A stretch of 64,000 nt of DNA from a virus. Positions 19,811-30,400 of this stretch are shown piece after piece. The translations under genes and the position numbers were made by a program. The stretch is from the IMG/VR virus record IMGVR_UViG_3300027746_000644, positions 1-64,000 of that record; one strand, given 5' to 3'. The notes below the pieces were generated by a model. That model did no database searches. It was not told where the DNA came from and was given only the letters and a program-made list of their open reading frames with translations. Positions within the stretch are counted from its first letter, which is position 1. Each line of letters begins with the position of its first letter.

Positions 19811-21021
19811 TGACAACACAACAATTAACCGTACGAAACGATAGATTATGGGCAGATAGCAACCTAGATCTGTCTGCTGATCATGTTTATAAAATTGATA
19901 ACACACCTGTATTATCAGCTAACGAGCTTGGCCTTACTGTTACTAAAAGTAATCTGAGAGAAATTGGTACACTAAAAAGTTTAGAAGTATCGGGCACCAC
20001 AACTCTAGCAGAATTTGCACATTTTAACAGCTCAAACGGAAGACTAGGACTCGGCACTATAGATGCCAATGCCAGCATCAGTATTTTAGACAACGATGTT
20101 GAAATTGCTATCGGTAGTCCAGAGCCTGGCATTGCACATTTTGGAACTTATTCCACTAGCGATGTTGCTATTATCTCCGACAATATTCCACGCATACTTG
20201 TAAAAAGTAATGGTGAAGTAATTATCGGAAGTGAGGCTGGAAAAACTGGTGTGCTACGAGTGCATGGATCATTGCACGTTGATAATTTTGTTTCTGACAC
20301 AAGGGTTGAGCGTACTAGTTCGTTAGAATTTAAAGCCAACAGAGATGCTAGCATATATGGATTAGGTCTGTTATGGACTGCTGAACGCAACAATAAAGAA
20401 TTAATTATGCGGTCCGATCCTGATAGATTGTGGGCTAACACGTCTGTTGATTTAGAAGAACATAATGCATATTACATTAATGGAAGACCTGTACTAAGCG
20501 CGACCAATTTAGGAACAAGTGTTGTTAACAGTAATTTGATCACTGTGGGTCCATTGCAATCGTTAATAGTCACAGGCGACACTGTGTTACAAGGCGAGTT
20601 AGATGCCAGTTCAACCAATGCCAGCTTAAAATCACTTTTAATCAACAACGGCATTGACAGCGTTTCATTGAACGCCAGCGGCACCAACAGTAATAAAAAA
20701 TACAAGATTGCTATTAACGAAGAAGATGTATTCTACGCTAGTAATGACGAAATAATTATTGGTAATCCAAATTTTGGTCGTAGGTCAGTTAAGATATTTG
20801 GTCCAATTGCCACTACTTCAGATTTAACAGTTGATGGCGCCGTTACTTTAAACAACAAAAAGTTTACCAAAGGTGACCATGCACCAACCCAAGGACAATT
20901 CAACAAGGGCGACATTCAGTGGAATGAAAATCCAGTTGAAAGCGGTTATGTTGGTTGGGTATGCGTTGCATCTGGAACACCAGGACAGTGGTTACCATTT
21001 GGTGCTATTGCTCGCCAATAA
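19810..21021 (+). CDS. virion structural protein, tail-fibre-like
   Basis: Duplicated RLWA...DL...Y.I...PVLSA..LG..V..SNL..G.L.SL unit; C-terminal GDIQWN..P...GYVGWVCVASGTPGQWLPFG fibre/tailspike-type motif. Confidence 0.7.
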   Translation: MTTQQLTVRNDRLWADSNLDLSADHVYKIDNTPVLSANELGLTVTKSNLREIGTLKSLEVSGTTTLAEFAHFNSSNGRLGLGTIDANASISILDNDVEIAIGSPEPGIAHFGTYSTSDVAIISDNIPRILVKSNGEVIIGSEAGKTGVLRVHGSLHVDNFVSDTRVERTSSLEFKANRDASIYGLGLLWTAERNNKELIMRSDPDRLWANTSVDLEEHNAYYINGRPVLSATNLGTSVVNSNLITVGPLQSLIVTGDTVLQGELDASSTNASLKSLLINNGIDSVSLNASGTNSNKKYKIAINEEDVFYASNDEIIIGNPNFGRRSVKIFGPIATTSDLTVDGAVTLNNKKFTKGDHAPTQGQFNKGDIQWNENPVESGYVGWVCVASGTPGQWLPFGAIARQ

Positions 21022-21023
21022 CA

Positions 21024-21051
21024 TTGACTTTGTTGTATAAAAGTATATAAT
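21024..21051 (+). promoter_or_regulatory. sigma70 promoter for queD
   Basis: TTGACT (21024-21029), 16 bp, TATAAT (21046-21051). Confidence 0.7.
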
Positions 21052-21057
21052 TATATT

Positions 21058-21101
21058 ATGCGGACTTAGGCATTCATCCCGCAATATAAACTCTGCATGT
21101 C
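21058..21101 (+). ncRNA. candidate preQ1-I-like riboswitch aptamer (variant)
   Basis: P1 TGCGG/CCGCA, 15-nt loop ending in CATC, A-rich tail, possible GGCAT/ATGTC pseudoknot; lies in the queD 5' UTR. Confidence 0.55.
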
Positions 21102-21124
21102 ATTGCTTATTCAAGGAGAATACA

Positions 21125-21640
21125 ATGGCAAAATTTTACTCAACAAAAACTTACGGTAACGACAGAGGTTTATCCTGCTGTTTTAGACAATGGCGTGCCA
21201 GTCATAGCCACTGTTCAACACTACATGGTTACTCAATTGGTATCAAACTTATATTCGAGTGCGATACGTTAGATGACAAAAACTGGTGCATGGACTTTGG
21301 CGGACTCAAAGAATTCAAAGCATGGTCTGACAGCATGTTTGATCATACTCTAGTAGTTGCTGAAGACGATCCAATGTTGGATTTTTTCAAACACATGAAC
21401 GAGATAGTGGACATAGACAGCAAAGATCATCTGAGTAAACTTCCACATGAGCGCGGTGCCTTGTGTGATCTACGCATCGTACCCGGAGTAGGCTGTGAAA
21501 TGTTTGCCAAAATGGCATATGACAAAATGGCTGAACTATTGGCATCCGGCGATATGCGCTACCCAATTAATCCCACAGTAAGAGTTAAATCAGTTGAAGT
21601 ATTTGAACACGGTGCTAATTCGGCTACGTACGAAGGTTAA
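21125..21640 (+). CDS. queD: 6-carboxy-5,6,7,8-tetrahydropterin synthase / PTPS family
   Basis: HCSTLHGYS, MDFGGLK, FDHT, GCEMFA and VEVFE; AAGGAG RBS. Confidence 0.88.
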   Translation: MAKFYSTKTYGNDRGLSCCFRQWRASHSHCSTLHGYSIGIKLIFECDTLDDKNWCMDFGGLKEFKAWSDSMFDHTLVVAEDDPMLDFFKHMNEIVDIDSKDHLSKLPHERGALCDLRIVPGVGCEMFAKMAYDKMAELLASGDMRYPINPTVRVKSVEVFEHGANSATYEG

Positions 21641-21794
21641 GCATTATTGGAGACTTTGGGCAAAAGCCCTAGGTGAAAAATCAGGCAGTTCGGACGTGGA
21701 AGCGGACCGAATTGCTTGCATTAGAACGCTAGTTGTGTTAATATACATTATCACAAACTTTTTTATAATCGCAGGCGTCATAAGGCATTGGTAA
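21594..21794 (+). CDS. small membrane protein (start uncertain)
   Basis: WRLWAKALGEK...DRIACIRT followed by a TM helix; TAATG-coupled to uvsE. Confidence 0.6.
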   Translation: MKYLNTVLIRLRTKVKHYWRLWAKALGEKSGSSDVEADRIACIRTLVVLIYIITNFFIIAGVIRHW

Positions 21795-22822
21795 TGGGCA
21801 AAATAGGCTTCGCATGTAAATGGATCGATCATGCAGATCAAGTAAACGGCATCAAAAAAGATGACGATGCTAAACAATACAACACCGGTACAACTACCAT
21901 AAGTTGGTTAAATAGACAAAGCAAAGAAGTTGCAGAGCAAAAACTTTGGGACTTAATGGTTCAAAATTTATTAGCTACACAAAAACTAGTAGACCGTGTA
22001 GGAGGACTTAATGAAAATCTTAGGATGGTTCGCCTTAGTAGCGACATTCTTCCTGCTTATACCGAGCCTACTTGGAGTTATTTTTGGCGTCGGCCTGACG
22101 TTGTCAGCTATCTTGAGCGCAATTTTAGCCTTATTGGTCATAGTGCTCGTGCAAGCAATACCCGTCTTAGTATGCATCCTGGTCAGTTTGTTGTTCTTGC
22201 TAGTATTAATCCGGGTATTGTTCAACGAAGTATAGAAGAATTTGAATATCATGCTGACATGGCTCGTTATATGGGCTACGGCAGGAAATTCCAAGATTTT
22301 AAAATTAACGTACACATCAGTGGCCGACTAGGACCCGATGGCATTCGTGATGCTTATAAGAAATTAAGCAACGAAGCACGTAATTGTATTACAATTGAAA
22401 ACGAAGAAAACTCATGGGGGTTGGATGACTGTCTTACTATTAGCGATGTTGTGCCTATTGTTATGGATATTCACCACCATTGGATCAGGGAAGGTGTATA
22501 CATTACACCAGAAGATGATCGAGTACAACGTGTTATTGATAGCTGGCGTGGTGGTCGCCCTACTATGCATTACTCAGTTAGTAGAGAAGATTACCTAGTT
22601 GATCACGACACAACTATTATGCCTGACTATACAACACTGTTAGAGTTGGGACATAAAAAACAAAAACTAAGGGCACACAGTGACTTTTATTGGAATCAAA
22701 AAACAAACGAATGGGCAATAACTTTTCTAAAACAGTTCGACATGATGTGCGAAAGCAAGGGCAAAAACCTCGCCAGCATGGCAATGTACAATCAAGCCAA
22801 AAGCTATCTCGAGAACAACTAA
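21794..22822 (+). CDS. uvsE: UV-damage endonuclease
   Basis: IGFAC, RLSSD, RLSMHPGQF, IENEE, DIHHHW, HYS and AHSD motifs of the UvdE/UVDE family. Confidence 0.92.
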   Translation: MGKIGFACKWIDHADQVNGIKKDDDAKQYNTGTTTISWLNRQSKEVAEQKLWDLMVQNLLATQKLVDRVGGLNENLRMVRLSSDILPAYTEPTWSYFWRRPDVVSYLERNFSLIGHSARASNTRLSMHPGQFVVLASINPGIVQRSIEEFEYHADMARYMGYGRKFQDFKINVHISGRLGPDGIRDAYKKLSNEARNCITIENEENSWGLDDCLTISDVVPIVMDIHHHWIREGVYITPEDDRVQRVIDSWRGGRPTMHYSVSREDYLVDHDTTIMPDYTTLLELGHKKQKLRAHSDFYWNQKTNEWAITFLKQFDMMCESKGKNLASMAMYNQAKSYLENN

Positions 22823-22944
22823 TACATCGGTTGGAAACTCTTAGGGAAGAGCTAGAAGAAAATCCCAACTTGAATGAACAGCGTAAGGCTAGAATTCAAG
22901 AGGACCTGACTCGTTACTCCGATCAACTAAAACGGTTTGAATAA
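22690..22944 (+). CDS. small hypothetical coiled-coil protein (start uncertain, overlaps uvsE 3' end)
   Basis: The C-terminal half (LSREQLIHRLETLREELEEN...) fills the gap before the terminator. Confidence 0.4.
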   Translation: MESKNKRMGNNFSKTVRHDVRKQGQKPRQHGNVQSSQKLSREQLIHRLETLREELEENPNLNEQRKARIQEDLTRYSDQLKRFE

Positions 22945-22967
22945 AAAGGCCTTGCGCCCTTTTTATT
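22940..22967. terminator. bidirectional intrinsic terminator (one stem mismatch)
   Basis: AATAAAAAGG-CCTTGCGC-CCTTTTTATT between convergent genes. Confidence 0.65.
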
Positions 22968-23184
22968 ATTTTGTTACTTTAGTAGCACGTGGCTTTTTAG
23001 CTGCCGGCGCTTTCTTAACAGCTGGTGCTTTTTTGGCTGCTGGTTTTTTGGCTGGAACAATAGACTCCACTACTGCTTGTACAGCTTGCTCAGAAACCGC
23101 TGGGGTAACCTCAACTTTATATGGTGCTTCTGCTTGAACTTCAACAGGTTTTCCTGTAAAAAACTCTTTAATTTTTTTGAACAT
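22966..23184 (-). CDS. small protein with Lys/Ala/Pro (PAKK) histone-like tail
   Basis: GGAGG RBS on the minus strand; PAKKPAAKKAPAVKKAPAAKKPR. Confidence 0.75.
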   Translation of the reverse strand: MFKKIKEFFTGKPVEVQAEAPYKVEVTPAVSEQAVQAVVESIVPAKKPAAKKAPAVKKAPAAKKPRATKVTK

Positions 23185-23205
23185 TGTATGTTCCTCCTTG
23201 TGGAT

Positions 23206-23223
23206 TATTTATACTGATAAATA
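23206..23223. promoter_or_regulatory. back-to-back late promoters
   Basis: TATAAATA on the minus strand (23206-23213) and GATAAATA on the plus strand (23216-23223). Confidence 0.6.
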
Positions 23224-23228
23224 TCATT

Positions 23229-23789
23229 ATGTATAACTTTATTCGTCACATTACCTTAAATGAAGGTAATACACCTAAAACATTAACTCAAGCAGTCTTG
23301 CACTACAAGAAAGACGATTTAGAGCCGGCGATCTCAGAAGAAACCATTAATTACCATTATGGTAAGTTGTATAAAACCTATGTAGAGCGTTTTAACAATG
23401 GCGAAGGCGATGCTGACTTTAATGAAGCGGGTGCGTTTTTACACCATTTGTTGTTTACTCAATATCAATCGCCACAATCCTCAAATGCACCTACAAATAT
23501 TGCTGAAAATTTTATCAACAAATATTTTAAAAGTTTTGATAATTTTAAAGATGCTTTTCAAAAAGAAGCAATGAAGATACAGGGCAGTGGATGGGTGTAC
23601 TTGTCAACTGATGGCAGTATTAAAACTATCAAAAATCATCAAATAAAAATGGATATTGTATTCATAGTTGACTGGTGGGAACATGCATGGGCATTAGATT
23701 ATCAAAGTGACAAAAAAGGATATTTGGCCAATCAGTGGAAAATTATCAACTGGAACATTGTCAGTTCTAGAATTGGTCTAAGGTCTTAA
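23229..23789 (+). CDS. sod: Fe/Mn superoxide dismutase
   Basis: LEPAISEETINYHYGK, FLHH, GSGWVYL and DWWEHAW retain the four metal ligands; likely start is the ATG at 23229. Confidence 0.88.
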   Translation: MYNFIRHITLNEGNTPKTLTQAVLHYKKDDLEPAISEETINYHYGKLYKTYVERFNNGEGDADFNEAGAFLHHLLFTQYQSPQSSNAPTNIAENFINKYFKSFDNFKDAFQKEAMKIQGSGWVYLSTDGSIKTIKNHQIKMDIVFIVDWWEHAWALDYQSDKKGYLANQWKIINWNIVSSRIGLRS

Positions 23790-24054
23790 GACTGCTTACA
23801 GGCATATCCCATACCTTACGTGCTTCCACACCCTTTAGTTGTGCAAATTTCTTAGGGTCGCAATCTCCGCACACATGATAGAAATTATTGTTTAATCGCT
23901 TGGGATCCATGGATCCTTTTTCTCGATTAAACACTCCTTGACAACAATCACACTTAAACAATACTACTGTGACCTTACGGCTATAAGAATGGGTCTTACC
24001 CTTCTTACTGGTGCGTATGTGCTGGTTTATTCTAAATTCAGTTCCAATATACAT
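23767..24054 (-). CDS. hypothetical zinc-ribbon protein
   Basis: CDCC...CGDC; the ATG at 24054 lies 5 nt after GTAAATA on the minus strand. Confidence 0.7.
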   Translation of the reverse strand: MYIGTEFRINQHIRTSKKGKTHSYSRKVTVVLFKCDCCQGVFNREKGSMDPKRLNNNFYHVCGDCDPKKFAQLKGVEARKVWDMPVSSLKTLDQF

Positions 24055-24112
24055 AACTGTATTTACATTAAGGTTATAAAATCCTTTGATAAATATCATA
24101 TCGAGGACTATT

Positions 24113-24436
24113 ATGATCACCATTTCTGAATCAGCAAAGACAAAAATCAAGGATTTACTTCTTGAAGAAAACAACCCAAAACTAGCATTACGTACATTTG
24201 TGCAAGGCGGCGGCTGTAGCGGCATGAGTTATGGATTTACGTTTGATGAGGAAATGAACGAAGACGATTTCGAAGTTCCCTTAGACCAATTTCGAGTACT
24301 TGTAGATAGTATGAGTATGCAGTATTTGACTGGCGCAGAGATAGATTATAAAGAAGATTTACAGGGTAGTTCATTCAGCATAAAAAACCCCAACGCACAG
24401 ACTACTTGCGGATGCGGTTCAAGTTTTGGAGTTTAA
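24113..24436 (+). CDS. erpA: iron-sulfur cluster insertion protein (HesB/IscA/ErpA)
   Basis: [29 protein letters not shown]. Confidence 0.93.
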   Translation: MITISESAKTKIKDLLLEENNPKLALRTFVQGGGCSGMSYGFTFDEEMNEDDFEVPLDQFRVLVDSMSMQYLTGAEIDYKEDLQGSSFSIKNPNAQTTCGCGSSFGV

Positions 24437-24442
24437 ACACAA

Positions 24443-27400
24443 ATGACACAACAACTAATTGATATTGGCGTACAAGGTAATGACGGCACTGGCGATAGTA
24501 TTCGCGAATCGTTCCGTAAAGTAAACGAAAACTTTAACGAGATCTACTCTGTCTTTGGACTAGGCGGAACTATTAGATTTACCGACCTAGGTGATACTCC
24601 TAATAGTTACACTGCTAATCAAGTTATCATGAGTGACACCACCGGAACAAGCCTAACTGCTAGAGATTTAATTGCAGGTGCTGGTATTGCAATTAATAAG
24701 ACTAGTAACACCAGCGTAACTATTACATCAACCACTACTGGACTAATTGGTGATTCAGCGCCTAGTTTAGGGCTAAATTTAAATGCAAATAATTTTACCA
24801 TTGCTCGTTTGGCAAATCCTAGCCAAGCATTAGTTGATGCATTTAATGCATCGTATGCCACTTTAGGTGTATCAACCACACTTGCACAACTGGCTATTAA
24901 CAAAGGATATGCAGACAGCAATTACGTTGCTGTTTCAAATGGGTATATTACTAATGCATTAAGATCAAGAAGTGAGCCAGCAACTCCTCAAATTAATGAT
25001 CCAGATTATGATAAAACACTGACAAGTAATTATCTTTCTACTGAAGTTATGCAACGTAAAGATGTAGTTTATCGTGGTGGAGATACTATGACCGGTGCGC
25101 TGACATTGAATGATCATCCAGCGCCTTTAACAGGATTTGGTACTCCAAACGGTGCCAACGATTTGCAAGCCGCTACCAAATATTATGTTGATAACAACAG
25201 TTTTTCTAGCAATGTCAACTTGTATGTGTCAACTGCCAGCGGCGATGACCAACAGACCAAAAGCCCTGCGGGAAAAGAAGGTAGATTTTGGCAGTACGCT
25301 TATAAGACTGTGGGGCAAGCGGCCTTGGCAGCTGAAAACTTAATTAACCTGGCAAGTATTGAACCAGGCCCTTACAAACAAAAAATTTCCTACACGGTAG
25401 GCGTAAATCAAACATTCAGTACTATTCAAAGTGTGACATTGAGTGGCGGCAATGCCGGAGTTAGCGGGTATGAACACGCAAGTGAATTGTTGAGACTTAA
25501 CAAAGGATTCATACTCAGCGAAACCATTGCATACCTTAACAAAAAATATGTAAACTACATTCCAATTGACTCGGGCCGTTACACCGCAATCATAAACAAC
25601 ATTGTTGATGGCATCAGTTACGATTTGGTGTTGAACACAAATTACAACACGGTAACACAAGCTTCTAAATTATTTAATCCGTTGAATATAGATTTAGTCA
25701 CCGAACAATTAACACAACTGTTAGACGGTATTGAATATGCCAAAAACATAATTTTAGCTTATAGTTATAGTACAGTCAACGCACAAAATTACATTGGAGC
25801 AGTTATAGATGCCATATGCTATGACCTAGTATTTCAAGGTTCATTCCAAAGTATTCAAGTAGCATTGGCATTTGATCAATATAATACTGGCCTAGATTTG
25901 AATGAAATCAAAGCCACTTTGTTAAATTTAAAAACCAGTTTAACGGCCATAGCGTCAGTTGCGCTATCCCCAAATGCTGTGGCATCTATCAACAATAATA
26001 TTACCGTCATTGACAATTTATTAACAACTGATGTTATTCCAACTGTGTCATTCCCTGCAATTCAAACCACTGCGGCTGGCCAAGTCAGCGCAAGAGAATT
26101 GTTGTTGAATAACATTCCGTTTATACAAGCTGAAATCACTGCGTACTTGAAAGCGAACTTTCCAACAGTGGTATACAGTTCGACAAAAAGCCAACGTGAT
26201 GTAAAATACATAGTATGGAGCATAACATATGATTTAATGTATGGTGGCAATCAACAAAGCGTGTATGCTGGATTACAATATTGGCAAAGCGGCGTTTATC
26301 AACTGCTAGCTTCTGAGAAAGAAGCCTGCGTTTCGGCCATTGGATATATTAATACATTGGCACAAGCTATTATTCTCAATGCCGCGCCAGCAATTGTTTA
26401 TCAAACTAGCTTTAGACAATACACAAATGAAACCATTACTGGTGGTGGGGCCGCGGCAACTAGCATTTCAACAAACATAGCCTCCATAGTGAGTATTGTT
26501 AATGCTATTAGTTTGCCCGCTCCTACTGTGGTGTATCCAACAATCAGTTCAGTATCTTCTGTGTTGTTAACAGCAAGGACTGACATTTTAGCTCAAAAGT
26601 CCGCATTAAAAACGGCGGCAACTACTTACATTAATTCCAACACAAGTTTTTCTGTTATCAACAACGATGTTATTAATGGTATTATTACCACTAATTTTGC
26701 CACTATAACAAACATATTAACTGTAGGTATTGGTTCAAGATCCGTGCCTACCTATACTAGCCCAACTGGATTAAGTTCAGGGTTCACCTATGCCAGACAG
26801 GCATTGTTGGCCAATATCAATTTCTTAGTAGAAGAAACATATGCTTGGCAACTGGCGCAAACACCTACATTTGTTCCTGCAGAAGGTGTTGTTTCATTCA
26901 AACGTAGACTGGGTTATTTTTTAGAAGCAGTTGCATATGACATAACCTACGGTGGAAATTCAGGTAGTTTACCAAACGGTTATGAATACTGGGTTAACGG
27001 AGTGTCAACGTTGTCCAGCGGTGAACGTGCCATTTATGCACAATCAATTGGACGGTTACAAAATATAGCGGCATTATCAGTTGGTAATAATACCGTGACT
27101 CCAACATTTCAAAGTGGTGTTACCCAAACATTTAATATTGTATGGGCGGGCGGGGCCGTAGCCAACCCGTTAGTAAGTGAAAAACTTGGAAATATTTCAA
27201 CTATTATTGCAAATAATACAACATTGGTGTATGTGTATCCAGATTTGGCAGTGTACGACAGTGTGTACAAAGCCGCAAGAACCACTATTATTGGTACCAG
27301 AGCAGCCATATCAACCAGTGTTGTCAACTATCTAACTATCAAATACATAGGTGGATTCAACTACAACGAATTTACTTGTTACAGAGACCTTGGCTATATC

Positions 27401-30400
27401 ATTGAAGGTATGCGTATTGATTTGTTGACTGGTGGCAATTATCAAACAGTCACTGCTGGTAAGAGTTATTACAAAAGTGCCAGTGCTAGACTAGCTATCA
27501 CAACTCAGTTGACAGAAACTGTTGACGGCATCACGTTTGCTAAGAACTTGGCATTGCAAGTATTGAATCAAACTTCAGCTACTCGCTTTCAAACACTAAT
27601 TGCTCAAGCGTTCAACGGATCACTGACTGCGTCAACTGCCGCAAAGACCACACTTGCCAACAATATGAACACTATCCTTAGCATTATTGCTAACGGGTAT
27701 GGATCAGCCCCTGCGGCCAGCTTTGGTACTGGAATATACACTGTGGTTTTTAGTAACGGTGGAAACGGTTATGTTGACCAAGGGTCTCCAGGCAGTGTTC
27801 ACATTATTCCTGCTAAAATATTATTAGGCAGCACATCTGGAGCAGGCGGATCCATTGTAAAGTATCTTCCAGGCAGTGGCGCCAGCGCAGATTCCATTTG
27901 GGTTAGATTAACTAGACCAAGTTTCTTCCAGGAGGGAGAACAGATGGAGTTTGGAGAAACTGTTAAAGATCTCAACATCACTATTTTTGTGGAAAGTGGC
28001 ATTTATCAAGAAGACTATCCAATACGACTGCCTGCCAACTGTAGTATCAAAGGTGACGAATTCCGTAGAACAATTATTCGACCATTGGATAGAGTTTCGC
28101 AATCACCGTGGAGGAAAATATTCTTCTACAGAGATGCAGTTGTTGACGGCTTGCAGATTGGATTAACAAATACATCTGTAGATTATGCAACTGCTTCGAG
28201 TATCACATTAGGCGGAACTAGTGGAAAAATTGTTATTACACTAGGATCAGGACAAGCTCAGGCTAGTTGGATTGGAAAAATTATTCAAGACAATAATGTT
28301 CCGGCTGGAAAAGCTGTGGTTGAAACTGTGGCAGGCAACACTATGAACTGTGGAGTTATCTATCCATTTGCCACAAAGACCACATATGCATCGGGCAACT
28401 GGCACATTTACGGAACATATAATTACGGACGTCATTACTTGGTTAATCCGTTGGACATAACAAGTACTGCTAAAAATAACCGAGACATTGACGTGGTACT
28501 GTGCGGCGATGCTACTAGGATCAGTAATATCACGTTCCAAGGACACGGCGGCTTTGCCATGGTGCTAGATCCGGAAGGACAAATTAAAACCAAGTCGCCA
28601 TACGGTCAAGTATGTACAAGTTTTAGTCAGTCTGTAAATAAACAAGCGTTCCGAGGTGGCCAGTTTGTTGACGGATTTGCTGGTAGACTATTTGGTAACA
28701 TTACCAATGTGGCTGATTCTGGTATCACTGTTACTGTTACTGGTGGCGTTAACAGTGGATTAGATATTCGTCCGCCGCAAGTTCCATGTGTATTTTATGT
28801 ACAAGGAAATCGTTTCCAAGTTAATGATATTGTCAGCTATGATCCTGCCACATACACTGTGACTATGACATTGGATGTATCAACTCCATTTAACACCGTT
28901 AACATTTATAACACTGCTAATTTCTCATCTGAAGTAGGCTTGCTCATTGACAATCTGACCAATGATTTAGTATTAGGATCAAACTTTCAAAGTATCAAAT
29001 CAGGGTTATACTATCTACAAAATGCAAATGTTGTGGTTGGTATAAAACAAATATTTCGTTTAGCTGGATTGAACAAAGCTCGAAACTTGATGAATGCGGC
29101 TATTTCTAATGGCACTTCTACAAACATCATAACAAGTCAGATGACCACTATCACTGACATGATAACTAATGGGTTTGCGGCAATGCCCACTGCAACGTTT
29201 CCAGAACCTATCGGAGCAACTGCCAATGTTATAAAAGCTAAAAATATATTAATTGCCAATAAACAATTTGTTCAAAATGAACTAGTTGCGTGGGTCGCAC
29301 AGAATTTTGCAACTAGAGGATACCCTGGATATAATGCGTTTGTGTTAAGTCAGCGCATGGGATATCTAGTTGATGCAATGACTTACGATTTGTTGTACGG
29401 CGGTAACAGTGCAACTAGAGACATTGCACAACTTTATTACAGCAATGGTATCAGTCAGATTACAGGTTTAGAATATTTGTATTCAAGCGCAATTTCTAAA
29501 CTGGTGTCTTTGGTAAAATCTATAGTAGAAAATACCACTATAACACCAACTGTAGGAAACATATCTACACAAGTTACTAATTTGCCTGTGGCTACTTCAG
29601 CACAAGGAATAATACTAGCTAACTTGGCCAGTTTGGCAATTGACTATATTATAGAAGGTAACTATAACAATTCAATTATTGGTACTATCACTAGTGGAAG
29701 TTCCAACATAACCAACGTGTCATACAATCCTGCATTGATAAATGGAGCAACTATTGCCAGTGCAGTTAATGCCGGCGTGCCTGTATCAACAACTATTGTA
29801 TCTTATAATGCAACAACTAATGTTATTGTAATGAGTGCGGCAGCAACTCTTAATAGTACTAATTTAAAACTAACAGTGGGAGGAGCCGTACCTAGTAGAA
29901 CAGCTCCTACTATAACTGGACAAAATAGCCAACGTATGAATGATGCTGGCACTGTTGTTTCTGCAAAAACTTCTATACAAAACGGTGTTACCAGTTATCT
30001 AGACGCAGGTGCTGGCACAGCTATCAACATTGAAATGGGCGGCAACCGTAGTATGTTGGCCAATGACTTTGCCATGATTAACGACCTGGGCTATGCTATT
30101 GTGGCAACCAACGGTGGCGTGACAGAACAAGTGTCGACATTTACATACTATTGTCATACTCACTACTGGGCAAACAATGGCGGGCAAATTCGATCAGTGG
30201 CTGGCTCAAATGCACACGGTAATTTTGGTTTAAGATCCAGCGGATACGATGTGACTGAATTGCCAGATGCTGTGAAATTATCCAATGACATGGTACAGAC
30301 CGCACGGGTATACAAACAAGGCCTAGTTGCTGGTCAGATGGTTCCAACTATTTCTGCTCAAGCATTGGGAATTTGGATTGTTGGTTACACATATAACCCG

